Assembly (NCBI RefSeq): GCF_001194135.2
Contig: NC_068984.1
Location: forward strand, 101,809,787-101,873,786
Length of the DNA: 64,000 nucleotides
Source: Octopus bimaculoides
Taxonomy: Eukaryota
Reading direction: 5' to 3'
Shown here: one piece after another, positions 1 to 13,169 of the stretch
Position numbering within the stretch: position 1 is the first letter of the stretch
Layout of the letters: the number at the start of each line of letters is the position of its first letter
Notes under the pieces: model-generated
Databases searched by the model: none
The model's input: the letters and a program-made list of their open reading frames with translations, nothing else
What the model was told of the DNA's origin: nothing
Program-made: the position numbers and the translations under genes

Positions 1-815
1 CTATGAAACAAATGGTAGTCTGAAGGAGCAAGGTCGGGAGAATAAGGTGGATGAGGAATGTTTTCCTAACCAAGCTCTTCAATCTTCTGTGATGTGATCT
101 TTGCAGTGTGGAGTCATGCATTGTCCTGATGAAACATCACTCCTTTTCGATTTACTAAAGCGGGTCTTTTTTTCTTCAAAGCTTGGTTCAAATGCTCTAA
201 TTGCTGACAGTAGACTTCAGCATTGATTGTTGAATTAGGTGGTAACAATTCAAAGTGAATTACTCCAATGCAATCACACCAGATAGAGAGAAGAAACTTT
301 TTCCCAAGAAGTTCCATTCTCGGTTGTGGTTGAGCTTTTTCCCCTTTTACCAAGCCACTGTTTACGACGTCTAAAATTTCGATAAAAGATTCATTTATCG
401 TTACCAGTTACAAGTCAATCCCAAAAGAGTGAAATGAGCAGATATCAACTCAGGATTTGCAGTTGTTTTCGGAAAATTCATGAAGCACCCATTTTCCAAG
501 TTTAGGAAACTTTCCAAGTTGTTGAAGATAACGATGAACAGTTGTATGGTTTAAAGTAAGCTTTATTGCCAATTCTTCAACTGATAATGCAAGATTTTCT
601 TCAAGTAACGCCCCAAGGAGCTTATCATCAAACTCAACTGGACGTCCTGTTCGATCTACATCTTCAAGGCTGAAATCTCCACTTCTGAATTTTGCAAACC
701 ATCTTCTGCAAGTTTTTTCATTCAAGCATTCTTTCCCATAAAGTGAGTGTATGTTTCGAGTCCCTTCGGCTGCAGAGTTTCCTTTTTTGTACTCATAAAG
801 CATTATGTGCCTCAA
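1..815 (-). mobile_element. Mariner (DD34D) transposase pseudogene, running off the left window edge
   Basis: ORF 450-815 has a Mos1-type HTH start (MRHIMLYEYKKGNSAAE) and WVLHEF (WVPHEL-like). ORF 114-353 ends in FHQDNA. Bases 1-113 read PHPPYSPDLAPSDYHLF on the minus strand after an in-frame stop. The right TIR is probably in the gap at 933-989. Confidence 0.92.
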
Positions 816-1334
816 ATGCTCTTTGGATACAAGTTTTAATCAAAGAAATTTTAATCCTATTATCATGTAAAATAATATTTAATTAGTTTAAATGTACGCA
901 AATGCATAAAAATAATTTTAAATTCCATTAGANNNNNNNNNNNNNNNNNNNNNNNNNNNNNNNNNNNNNNNNNNNNNNNNNNNNNNNNNATATATATATA
1001 TATATATATATAGGCATGCTGCCACAGATATGACAAAGGAAACAATGTAAATATTTTGAGTTCCGTTATTGATGTGAATATGTTAAGGAAATGATTATAT
1101 CCTTTATGTTTGAAGTCAATGTGGTCATCTGACAAGAATGGTTCTTTCAAATGATGTAATGTTTTTATTAAGCAATTAAAAGAGTTGCTTGAAATGGCTG
1201 TAATGAACTGACACCTGTACAACTTTGTCAATTTATATTTTATTTACCTAAGTTGGAATCTGCACTTCAGAAATAAATATTATTTAGGTGTGCAAATTAT
1301 ACAGATCTAGCAAGGTGCCCCAATCTAAGTAGTC

Positions 1335-1339
<5 letters not shown>

Positions 1340-1380
<41 letters not shown>

Positions 1381-1480
1381 CTATCTATCTATCTATCTAT
1401 CCTAATAGATACATACATACATACATATACACATACATACATGCACACACACATATATACATACATACACACACACACAT
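1340..1480. repeat. Compound microsatellite (TA)n-(CA)n-(CTAT)n-(CATA)n
   Basis: Direct reading of the sequence. Confidence 0.95.
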
Positions 1481-1605
1481 GAATCATTCACTATTCTTTC
1501 CATTTATTTAAGATGTATTACTAACATGCTAACGTTCTTGAGTTAAAATAACTATATAACCTGTAATTTGTTACTTTCTCTAATAACTTTTCAAATCATA
1601 TCCCT

Positions 1606-1834
1606 TTAACTCATTTGTTACCAACCCGGCTGAAACCGGCTCTGGCTCTGTTGTACAAATGTCTTGTTTTCTTAAGGTTTTAATTAATATCTTCCACCAA
1701 ACTTTAGTCACAATTTATGTTCCTAACACTAGCTGAATGATAACTAATTTATTTTACTAAATTCTTTGTTATATTCAAAGTAACTGAAAGAAACACAGAG
1801 CATCTCAAAATAAATACAGTAACGAAAGGGTTAA
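1606..1834. mobile_element. piggyBac-like MITE with TTAA target-site duplication
   Basis: TTAA at 1606-1609 and 1831-1834. The right end is GTAACGAAAGGG|TTAA and the left end is a degenerate match. A paralogous empty site (single TTAA at 2172-2175) lies in the nearby duplicated sequence. Confidence 0.85.
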
Positions 1835-2599
1835 ATACTTGACATAATTCTCATGTGTTTCTATCATTCTTTGCTTCACTACTGTTCTTTGCTGATATTT
1901 TGATTTTCTTGTGGCGAAGCCAGCCACTTATTTGACCACTTCCAGCTGTAGATTATATAAAGAACCCCTTTGCACATGGTTTCTCTCAAACCTTCACACT
2001 TTGCCCTGCTATTGTACACCATCATATCATGACGTGAAATGTCCGACCACTGAGCTAAGAAACTTCTCTAGTTTTTAATCGTTCATCATTCTTGCCAATG
2101 TACTTGAGTTAAAATAACTTCATAACCTGTAATTTGTTACTTTCTCTAATAACTTCTAGAATTGTACCCCTTTAAACACTTGACATAATTCTCATGTGTT
2201 TTTATCATTCTTTGCAACTATTTCGATTTTCTTGTGGCAAAGCTAGCCATTTCTTCCATTTCTTGTTCATGATGTGACACCCTTTCCCACTCCCACCACC
2301 AATACCAGAAATCCCTTCTCCTGTACCAGTAATCTCTTCCCTTATACCGAAAACTCCCACAGAGCTCTGCCTCACTTCTGCACGAGAAGACCTACATACT
2401 GCCACCCCTCCTACTTCCCCTCACTCCTCCCTTTATCTATCTGTGTAAATATATATAATGGACTAACCCAATCAAATAGCAGCCTATTTACTTACTTATT
2501 TAATTTAACATTAGCATATTCATATCAATATTTGCAACTACAGTAACGCATATATTTACAATGCTTACATTACTCTCACACCCAGTAAGAGCAGCAGTT

Positions 2600-5010
2600 T
2601 TAACAGGTCTGAATGATGATGGGTTAAAAGCATGAACAACTATTGTGACATGTCTGTTCTCAAACGATCGTGGAAACTTTCTTTTCAGGCACTGAATAAC
2701 ATCTCCCCTTCCCATGTTCCCTCTCAGATCCTGTTCCCAGTTTTCAGAGTTGTCACTGTAAATGTAGGCACATTGAAATGTAGGTCTAACGAGATTGTAG
2801 AGATGCTTGAATGGAAGCATGTTGATGTATGTTGCATCCAAGAGGTAAAGTGGAGAGAGGAGCTTCAACCAGGTTCCTCACAGGCAAGACACATAGGTAT
2901 AGAATCTTCTGGGAAGGTAACAGTGACGGAGTAGGTGGGGTGGGTATACTTCTTGCAGAGAAATAGGTGGATAAGTTCATAGAGGTAGTCAGAGTGTGTG
3001 ATAGAGTACAAGGCTAGTCTTGCAGAATAGTATAGCTATAATTACATCTGCCTAGGCCCCACAAGCAGGCCTACCAAATGAACAGAAGGGCCACTTTTAT
3101 GATATTCTTCTGCAGGCTACTTCAAAGACGAGTGACAATGATCTCATCTTCGTGGCTGGAGATTTCAATGAGTATGTTGGACGGCAGCCTGGTATCTTCC
3201 ATGGTGTTCATGGGGCCATGAAATTGGTTCCCCAAATGAAGAGGAAGCATGGCTATTGGAGTTCTGTGATCCAAATAACCTTTGGATCTGCAACACCAAC
3301 TTCAGGAAGCCAGCCAGCCACCTACAAATCAGATGACTGTGTTAGCCAGATTGATTCCATTCTCACCAGACAGCAGGATGCATGATTAAATACAAAGACC
3401 CTCCCTGGTGAAGAATGTACCCCCCACCAGCATAAACTAGTCATTAGTGACTTTAGACTCGAGGCCAGAAGGATGCCAAGAAGCAGACCAATCTGGAAAA
3501 GAAGGATTTAGAAGCTTAAGGAGCCTTCATGTTGTTACAGATCTAGGGACATCCTAATTGAGAAATTTGATGAGAGGGAGGAGGAGCTACAAACTTGTGA
3601 CATATAGGGCAACTGGGAATTCCTGTGAGACAGCTTGCTGAGTGCCACAGACCAAATCTGTAGCTGGTGCAAAGTCTCTTCCAGAACCAGGGTAACATGG
3701 TTGTGGAATACTGTAGATAGGACCATTAGAGCAAACAAACAAGCCGGGAAGAGTGAGGGTAGCAGCGAATTGTATCAGATAGCCAGAAAGGAAGCTAGAA
3801 GACAGGTATATCTAGCCAAGGGAGAAGCAGAAAAGAAGTTTACCTATGTTCAGTGTTATGAAAACCAAAGAACTGAAGTATTTCAGATTGCAAGACTGAG
3901 TGAGAGAAAATTGTGATGTCATAGGAGAGAAATGTGTCTGCATGGATGATGGTGCACTTGCTTTTAATGAGTCTGAAAAGAAAGAGGCTAGGAAATGCCA
4001 TTATGAAAGACTGCTGAATGTGGAGAATGATTAGGAGGAGGAGAGTCTGCCAAATGTTGACCCAATTGAGGGACCAGCTACTAGAATTGACAGTACCCTG
4101 GTAGATAAAGCAATTAAGGATACAAAGACAGGGAAAGCACCCAGCCCATCAAGAATCACCACCGAGATTCTTAAAATACTTGGCGGTGTGGGTTGTGGTC
4201 TAGTCACCCATATTGTAAATCAGGTGGTTCATGAAGTAGTCATACCCAATGACTAGTGTAGTAGTAAACTGCTACAAAGGTAAAGGTGATGCTTAAGATA
4301 GAAATAATTACAGAGGTATCAAATTGTTGGATCAAGTGATAAAAGTTACGGAGAGTCACAGCCCAACTAATTAGAGAGAGAATTAGTCTAGATGAGACGC
4401 AGGTAGAAGCACCACTGATACTATATTTCTGGTAAGCCAACTGCAGGAGAAATACCTAAAGATAAACCTCTATACTTGGCTTTTGTTGACTTGGAGAAAG
4501 CTTTTAACAGAGTCTCCCAGTCCCTTATCTTGGTGGTCAATGTGGAAACTAGGGATAGACGAGTAGTTGGTGAGAGCCATACAAGCCTTATACAGGGATG
4601 CTACCAGTAAAGTGAGGGTTGGCAACAAGTACAGCGAAGAATTCAGGGTACAAGTAAGGGTTCACCAAGGATCAGTGCTCAGACCCCAGTTGTTCATCAT
4701 AGTCCTCCAGGCAATAACAGAAGAATTCAACACAGGCTGCCCCTGGGAGCTCTTCTATGCTGATGACCTTGCTCTTGTAGGTGAATCATTACCCGAACAA
4801 AAGAAGTTATAGGTATGGAAGCAAGGTCTACAATCAAAGGGCCTTTAAGTTAAGCTAGCAAAAACCAAAGTCATGGTAAGTAGGAAGGCAGACAAATCAC
4901 AAATCCCTTCACATAGATGGTCCTGCTCAATCTGTAGAAAAGGTGTAGGTAGAAACTCCATAAGATGCACCCAGTGTAAGCTTTGGACACATAAAACGAG
5001 CTATATGACA
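2600..5010 (+). mobile_element. Degenerate RTE-clade LINE (APE endonuclease + RT + C-terminal Cys-rich finger), 3' end lost
   Basis: Frameshifted fragments: VVTVNVGTL..DVCCIQEVKWR, AGDFN and IDSIL (endonuclease); VHQGSVL and WELFYADD at about 4740-4770 (RT); WSCSICRKGVGRNSIRCTQCKLWTHK at about 4918-4995. Confidence 0.9.
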
Positions 5011-5207
5011 TGTGACGACAATTCACTCCCCAACTGAAATAGGCTCCCAACTTCTGTATCATGAATGGTTATGTAGACCACTGCCAATGAAAGCGGGAGC
5101 TTCCTTCAAACCACTACATAAAGAGTATTAGTAAAATAAATGTGATTTAGATATACTTTTATTTTAGTTGTTTACACTGTTTTACGCTTGTTTATACTCT
5201 TATACAT

Positions 5208-6000
5208 TCAAAGTTCACAAATTTCCTCATTTAAATTATGAATCATATTCCTTTCAATAAAATCCATAGAATTACAAAGCTTCTTTGTAGATGATATTTT
5301 TTGTTTGGTTGACGAGTCCATTGTTCTACTCATAGCGACGTACAACTGGCCATGTATAAACATCAGAATGGGTAAAAATATACATACATGATCTAAAGTC
5401 TGGCCCTGTGGCTGTGAATGCGCAAGTGGAATCATTAGGGATCTGCCCATCTATGATAGGAAATAAAGGGATAGTATCTAAACCCTCTAAATTCATGAAC
5501 TATATAGAGTGGGGGTGTGATCCAGAGTCAATCATTGTCACTAGAATTTTAACAGAAAAAAAAATCAAAGGTAATTTATTAATACAAAACTCAATATCCA
5601 GTAAATTATCACATTTTTCACATTTTTTCTGCTAAAAACCTCCCTAATCCTGAAAAACATTGTGACCATTGGTCCAGCCATTTGACCATGAAAAATGAAC
5701 AGATGAAAAGGGAACAGACGGACATAATGCCCATTATAGTAAGAAGTTGACTTATTTTCTTTTGCTTCTTTTATTAGTTATCTTCCCCCGTAATTTTTAT
5801 TTACTTTTTACGCCAGTAAACCAAACAATTACCCTCAATATCCACTAAATAATCATACTTTTTCTCATTTTTTTTGCTAAAAACCTTTCTGATTACCTCC
5901 TTTGTAATCCAAAAAAACATCATGACCATTGGTCCAGTCATTTGACCATGAAGAGGGAACAGACAGAAAGAGGGACATAACACCCATTATAGTAAGATTA
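5208..6000 (-). mobile_element. Helitron remnant (Pif1-type helicase C-terminus plus two copies of a 5'-end-like block)
   Basis: QGQTLDHVCIFLP..FIHGQLYVAMSR resembles the terminal RepHel/Pif1 motif. Two related blocks (about 5645-5745 and 5905-5998) end in CCCATTATAGTAAGA, which reads TCTTACTAT.. on the minus strand; the outer one sits at an A|TC junction. No clear 3' hairpin/CTRR seen. Confidence 0.65.
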
Positions 6001-7329
6001 TATATAAAAGAAGATAAATAGTAAAAAGAATGATTAGAAGAGTGACTAATACAGTTTTAACTTCAATTAAAACCACCATGAACAACCATGATAAAAAGGA
6101 ACAGTAAATTTTTTTTTAAATATAAAACAAAAAGTTAAGAGTAAACTTTACTAAATATCCTTTAAGAGTAAAATGAATGAATTTAAATACAAATGAAAAT
6201 AAAGTTTACAAAATAAAGACACAATGAACTTGAATTTTCAGTTTCAGTTTTCAAAGCATCTCATGAAAAGAATATGTTTTGGAAATTTTTTCTTTTTTAT
6301 TATCTTTAATCATTTTAGTGGATAAGAGAAAGATGAAAAATATTCTATTTCTTTTATTTTTTAAAAATAAATTTTACCTTTTTTTTTTGTTTAAACTATC
6401 GATACAAAACTATTTCCTGAAGCAAAATGGAGAGAGAGAGAGAGAGGGGGGAGGGAGAGAGAGAGAGTGGAAAGGAGTTGGTGAGAGGTCTACTGGAAAT
6501 ACTCAAGTATAACAAGAATAGGAATCTACAATGAAATGAATTCTATTTGAATGAGGATATGACAGAACTACATCCTGAGATTGAGCATTATGAAGAATGT
6601 GTAGAAGCATCATAAGAGATGGATGCAGGTGAGGAAAAAGATAAAAATTCAATGAAAATGTAAAGGAAAAACAAAAAGTTAGAAGGGTGGCAGAAAATGA
6701 TGAGCAGCAAGCAATATTCATCAAACAACAGCACAAGACAATGCCTGCTGAGATATTGATGAAATTAGCAGAGAGACACCTCTCTGCAGACATATGTACA
6801 CAGCATGTCACAAATATGGCAGATTTTACAGAATGACTAAGAGCTAAATATTACAAGAATGCATCAGTTCCATTTATCCTATTTTTGTTTGGTTTCACAG
6901 ATACTCAGGAAGGAAACACACAGTATAATGAAGTGGGTACATAACTATTCTTGCTTTTCCTGATCTATATGATACAAAAATTTAAATTCTGTTTGTATGT
7001 GTGTTCCTTGATTATAGACTAAACACTACACTGAAAATAAAATGTTTCAACCTATATATTCAAAGATGTAAGCCTTTGTACTTGATTAACTTTCAAAAAC
7101 ATCTGACCTCTAGATGCCTCAAAACAAGAATTTTGCTTCTTATTATTTCAACATGCTACAAAAAGTTGTTGCCAATTCTACATAGAAAACAAAGAGTATA
7201 TGCATGCAACAAACACACGCACGTATGTATGCATGCATGTATATGAAAAGATGTTTATTCTGTTTATTTTGGCATTAAATTCATTATCATTTCTGTTACA
7301 AAAATCTTATGGCTACATGTTAGCGTCTG

Positions 7330-7560
7330 CAACTGTAAGAGATAATAATCCAGGACGTAATAACATTTTCAGCTGACACAGGAATAGAACTTGGCCAATA
7401 AAAAGTATTCATATTTGAATGTTGAACATGGAAAGTCAGTCTCCCAAATCCAAACCTGAATATCAATGGTCTCTCAATCTCTTGGAACAAAAAATGCTTC
7501 AACTACCTAGGCATTGATGAAAATATACAAAAGTTACTGTGAATAAAAATATTAGATAAC
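7330..7560 (+). mobile_element. Highly decayed RT fragment, R4/Dong-like
   Basis: Broken translation FSADTGIELG...LNINGLSI...CFNYLGIDENI resembles the FS.DIGM.FG...YKYLG region of REL-type RTs; compare 55869-56110. Confidence 0.4.
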
Positions 7561-7793
7561 AGGACCTGCAGGTTCAAGATATGACCCATACATTGAGTCC
7601 AGAGAGGGATTTTTAAAGCTGACTTATAGAAAATACAGGTTCCAAATGTTCAGAAAAACAGATACCCTATCTGATACCATAGCACAACTATCCAAGGGTT
7701 TACATATTGTCAAGGAGGTTTCCAAATTTTTATAACTGAAATGTTAAAATAGTACCTACTTATTTGAATATTTCAGCTGTTTGCTCCTTTTGC

Positions 7794-8173
7794 ATGGAGA
7801 CGCAATGGCCCAGTGGTTAGGGCAGCGGACTCACGGTCATAGGATCGCGGTTTCGATTCCCAGACCGGGTGTTGTGAGTGTTTACTGAGCGAAAACACCT
7901 AAAGCTCCACAAAGATCCGGCAGGAGATGGTGGCAAACCCTGCTGTACTCTTCCACCACAACTTTCTCTCACTCTTTCTTCCTGTATCTGTTGTACCTGT
8001 AATTCAAAGGGTCAGCCTTGTCACACTGTGTCACGTTGAATATCCCCGAGAACTACGTTAAGGGTACACGTGCCTGTGTAGTGCTCAGCCACTTGCACAT
8101 TAATTTCACGAGCAGGCTGTTCCGTTGATCGGATCAACTGGAACCCCCGACGTCGTAAGCGATGGAGTGCCAA
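7794..8173 (+). mobile_element. tRNA-derived SINE, relatively young copy, 3' end at a gap
   Basis: A box TGGCCCAGTGG and B box GGTTTCGATTCC. The 3' body is shared with the older copy at 18340-18650. Confidence 0.8.
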
Positions 8174-8687
8174 NNNNNNNNNNNNNNNNNNNNNNNNNNN
8201 NNNNNNNNNNNNNNNNNNNNNNNNNNNNNNNNNNNNNNNNNNNNNNNNNNNNNNNNNNNNNNNNNNNNNNNNNNNNNNNNNNNNNNNNNNNNNNNNNNNN
8301 NNNNNNNNNNNNNNNNNNNNNNNNNNNNNNNNNNNNNNNNNNNNNNNNNNNNNNNNNNNNNNNNNNNNNNNNNNNNNNNNNNNNNNNNNNNNNNNNNNNN
8401 NNNNNNNNNNNNNNNNNNNNNNNNNNNNNNNNNNNNNNNNNNNNNNNNNNNNNNNNNNNNNNNNNNNNNNNNNNNNNNNNNNNNNNNNNNNNNNNNNNNN
8501 NNNNNNNNNNNNNNNNNNNAGGGAGAGAGAATCCAAGAGTAAGTTATGTTTGCTTTTAAAATAGATATCAGAAACTTCTGTGTGTATAATCTACAATAGA
8601 TTAGCAATTGCCAAGAAATGGAGATTAATTGATAATACTAACTGATCCTACAAATCTTTGAAGGGGAAATGAAAAGATTAAATCATT

Positions 8688-8915
8688 TTAATCTTTTAGC
8701 ATTTAAACCAGCCAAATTTAGCCCAAATATTCTACTGGTTTTATGTTCAAACCAGCCAGATCTGGCCTCTCACACCTACCCTACAATTTCAAACTAAAAA
8801 TAAACAATTACTACATCGAAAGTTTGAAGTTATGAGGTAATACATGATTAATTCAAAACAATGTGAATAAATAAGCATTACAGTTGAAAAAGTAAACTGA
8901 ATGCTAAAGGATTAA
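8688..8915. mobile_element. TTAA-flanked MITE (piggyBac-like)
   Basis: TTAA-TCTTTTAGCATT at the left and AATGCTAAAGGA-TTAA at the right (inverted, 1 mismatch). Confidence 0.75.
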
Positions 8916-10779
8916 TGTCAAAAATGTTCAGAGTAATAAATATGAATGATTATATAACCATTTATAAATGCTTAAGAACATGCATTATGAAGATTTTCTT
9001 TGTGCAAATGTGTTTGTATGAGCCTGTATGTATATATTTCTTTATTGCCCACAAGGGGCTAAACATAGAGGGGACAAACAAGGACAGACTAAGGAATTAA
9101 GNNNNNNNNNNACCTCGGTGGAATTTGAACTAAGAATGTAACGGCAGACGAAATACCGCTAAGCATTTCGCCTGGCGTGCTAAGGATTCTGCCAGCTCGC
9201 CGCCATCTGAGCTTGTATGTATAAGCTTGACAATGTTTGCATGTTTGAGGTGAAGACAATGGTTAGTATTCTGTCATTTGCATGATTATCTCAAAGGTTG
9301 AGATGCAGAATTCTCTTTGGTTCAGTCCATTTATTTGTAAATAGGTATCACACAGACATAGTACATAATTATAACTAGCAGCAACAGTGTTTAATTAATA
9401 AATATTTCATTAACTTACAATGCTGAGTTCAAGTTTACTGCAAGGTTTGAACCATGACAGAAGTACAGTTCTGATTAACCAATCCTTTTATCATTATCAC
9501 TCTAAGCTGCAGACCAAATTACTTTTGACCATGAAGGATTTGTAAAAGTAAGATGTCTTGGAGTTCAGGCATGTGTATATAAACTGGGGATCTTGTGGCT
9601 AAGCCTATAATTATAACTAGAGCATTAAAAAAAAATGCCTGTTGGAATCCAAATAACAAGATTAAGGAGAATCCTTTTAATCTCTTAATTGAATCCTTCT
9701 AAATCTCATTAGTTTGGTGGAAGTTCTGAAAATAAGACCCATTATAAACTTACTTAAATAGTAGACTTTCATATCATACGACTTGCCAATGTCGCCACCA
9801 TCATCATTGAAATCAGTGACTGACTGGAATGGTAGAATCCCACTGTTAATTTCTAAAAATATTTAGTTTCATTCCTATACAATCTTGCCAGAGTTGATAA
9901 AATTAATACCAGGTATGTATAGATGTAAGCATATTTCATTATACAAATAATAACCAAAAGATATCATTACCATAACAGTAGTCATATTACTGTTTTATTT
10001 TTGTATAATTCTATTTAAGATACACTCTGTGCCTATTTGTGCTACATTTTTTACATCCTTACATCCTTGGATCTTGGGTTGTTAACTTTTAGTTGTTTCT
10101 CCACCCCAACCTCAATCTAAATGAGCCCATAAGCATTCATTTTTTTTCAGTTCCAAAACTGGGTACAGACATGGTTGTGAGGTTAAAGTGGAGATTGTAC
10201 CATGGTTCCTGGTACAATCTCACTTTGTGGCATTTTAGGCAATCATCTTCTGCATACAGCCCTAAGTCTATGAAAAAAAAAAAAGCTTTGATTGATATTT
10301 TGTGAAAGGAAACTGTATGAAAGCCCATCAGAGTCCATTCCTATTTTGGGACAGCAGACTGAATCTGTCACCTTGTTTAATATCACCACTTGGTTCATGG
10401 GGAAGGTGGGGGGATGTTTCATAAAGTTCATTCAGATTAGATTTCTGCTCTAAGGATAATTCTTTCCTGCCTGTTTTGGAGGCCCAAAAGAAATATGGAC
10501 GTTGCACTTCTGTGATAATATCAAATAAAAAATTCTTTTGCATCTGTCGAAAACTTCCTACAATTTAGATTGATCATTAATGACACCAACCATGTCCAGC
10601 TTACCTGAATAGTGGGGGTAGCACAGAGGTACAGAAAGGCTATAAAGCACTGGCATTCATCCTCACATTATGAGGTCAATTGTAAAAGGATTGTGGTGTA
10701 CACAGTGTCAGCTGAGATTTAACCTCATCTTGCTTCCTCCGTCTTCCTCTACCATAGGTCCCCATAGTGTTAAAACTTA

Positions 10780-10940
10780 CAAACCACTTCCTGGTTGGCA
10801 CTAGGAAGGACATCCAACCATAGAAACCATGTCAGAACAGACAATGGAGCCTGGTGTGGCCCCTGGTCTTACCAGCTCTGGTTGAACTGCCCAACCCATA
10901 CCAGCATGGAAAATGGATGTTGAATGATGATAATAATAAT
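10780..10940 (+). mobile_element. RTE-type 3' tail remnant ending in (GAT/AAT)n
   Basis: Ends in CCAGCATGGAAAATGGATGTTGAATGATGATAATAATAAT; related tails occur at about 14150-14290, 27080-27210 and 34590-34700 (reverse). Confidence 0.55.
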
Positions 10941-11059
10941 TTAAACAGTATTCTTTTGTTTCTTAAGGAAAATTCAGACTTTTTATATCTGTATATAAAA
11001 GAAAAAGGGATGCCTCCTTCACTTCTGACTTATTTTCTTTCATTATTTATACATATATA

Positions 11060-11250
11060 AAGGTGACAAGCTGGCAGAATCATTAGCATACTGGGCAAAA
11101 TGCTCAGAGGCATTCTGTCCATCTTCATATTCTGAGTTCAAATTCTGCTGGCATTAGTTTAGCTTTCCATCATTTCAGGATTGATAAAATAAGTACCAGT
11201 TAAGTACTGGGGTTGATGTAATCAACTAGCACCTCTCCATAAAATTTAAG
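11060..11250 (+). mobile_element. tRNA-derived SINE with Meta/MESC-like core, CpG-decayed copy
   Basis: Head GCTGGCAGAATCATTAGC..GAGTTCAAATTC and core GATAAAATAAGTACCAG..TACTGGGGTTGATGTAATC; same family as 54239-54450. Confidence 0.8.
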
Positions 11251-12421
11251 CAGAAAGAATTATTTATACATACACACATGTATACATTCATATATGTTCT
11301 CTACCAGTTATTACATAGTCATAAAAAAAATTTACAGTGTTCATGATAGTAAACATGTTTATATTTAAACAAGCTATTTAAAATAGCCACGAAAAGAGGA
11401 AAATATACTTTTTAAAGCAGAAAAAAAGAAAGATCAAATAGCGTGACTAACATTCCAAAGTAGATTACTTCTGGATAATTAGGTCTAAATCAAACCAAAA
11501 AAAAAAAAAAACATCTTTGTTGTTGTTGTCGTCGTCATAGTAGTAGCTTTGTTTTTTTCATGACCCCTGCTCGAGCTACTTTTAATTATTTCCATCATTA
11601 AGAAAGGATAGATTATCACTAATCTTAAAGGTTTTTGCAAATATCTGTAAAGCTATTTTGACAATTAGCAATGGATTATCAGATTAAATCCCCCAATAGC
11701 CAATCAGCTGAACTCATACGAAACGAGAAGCTAAGGTACATCATAGCTTTACAGTGTTTATGTGTGGAAGGGGGGGGGGAGGAGAGAACATAGTTGTATC
11801 TCATGTGTGTATGTGTGCATGTGCATGGCTATTTATCTGTCCAGCAAATAGTGTGCATTTATGCTAGCTTGCACACGTGATTATGTGGATACTAATTAAG
11901 GGAAATTACCTAGGGACGCCATCCATATGAAACAATAACAGACTGAAACTTCAGATTAACTTATTATTAATCCTCGAGCTAATGTTTTCATCTGCTTGTG
12001 ACAAGAGTTAATTCTAGTTTTATTTACAATTTCAGAATCGCCTCCCCAACCACTCTTTCCACGATTAGACTTAACGTTAGTCAATGAGCTTATGTTTCTC
12101 ACTCCTAATTGCAATTTTGTTTTTGTTCACTAAATATTAAATACATCAGCACTCAATAAGTAATGATGTTTGCTTGTGAATGAAAAGATGTTTACTGTTT
12201 GTTTTTCCAACTTGCATGGATTGGGCAGGCTTGCCCTTTTTGAGGTAGTAATTTATCACTGGATGCTTTTCCTATTGCCAAACCTTACCTGTTTTTCAAG
12301 TATGTTATTTAAAACTGAAAGCATGCAATCACCATTCTAGATAAGAATTAGTTAGTTTATTTTAGGGAGAATAGATTGCAGCAGGGAACATAACAATTAA
12401 CAGTTAATATTAGTTGTGCTG

Positions 12422-12630
12422 GCAAAGCGGCAAGTTGGCAGAATCATTAGCATGCTGGGAAAAATGCTTAGCAGCATTTTGTGCGTCTTAATATTCTGAG
12501 TTCAAATTCTGCTAAGGTTGACTTTGCCTTTCATCCTTTTGGGGCCGATAAAATAAGTACCAGTTAAGTACTGGGGTCGATGTAATTGACTAGTCCCCTC
12601 CCACAAACTTGCTGACTTTGTGCCAGCATA
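12422..12630 (+). mobile_element. tRNA-derived SINE with Meta/MESC-like core, CpG-decayed copy
   Basis: GACTTTGCCTTTCATCCTTTTGGGGCCGATAAAATAAGTACCAG core with a tRNA-like head. Confidence 0.85.
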
Positions 12631-13169
12631 GAGTGATGTCTGAAACACTGGAATAATTGAAGTTTGTGCAATTTTATGCTAATCTTGTTCACTTGAAAAC
12701 CTCTCTCGTGCTCAAATTTTCTATTCTTTGTGAATCAGATTAAGTCTACAGATTCATGTAACAACTTGAAGTTTGCATTTAATGGGATTTAATTCCCCAC
12801 AATACATTGGCTTTTATGTTTACTAACAGATTCAAGTCAGACCTGATATTTACAAATGCAGGTTAATGCATTATTCTTTTATTCTCTAATTTCATTTACA
12901 TACTTGCAAATGGTTTCTTTCTATTCTGTCATGTGTATGATTAAGCAAAAGACTAACATTTTCAAAATTCTTTTAAATAATATTTATTCAATATTTTTCT
13001 GCAAGGTCACAGCTGGTTCCTGAGTGAAAATAAATTTTTCTTTTAATTAATTTATGCTGGAAGTTTTCTATTAACGATCAATGGAAAGAAGTTACTTTTT
13101 GTTTTGCTTTTAATTTCCTAATAGCAAAGTAATTTCTCTGGACAATACTGTTTTTGAGCCTTATGACTC

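Noticed and set aside
6540-6950. Purine-rich, coding-looking stretch
   Set aside because: Multiple stops in all frames and no identifiable motif; cannot be assigned.
7794-7870. tRNA-like sequences here and at other SINE heads (for example 25071-25141, 46440-46515, 54239-54330)
   Set aside because: They continue into repeat bodies and lack complete cloverleafs; treated as SINE heads, not tRNA genes.
8021-8607. Long ORFs in the track that span N runs (also 37844-38467 and 54884-55759) or microsatellites
   Set aside because: Artefacts of gaps and low-complexity sequence, except the R4/Dong frame annotated separately.
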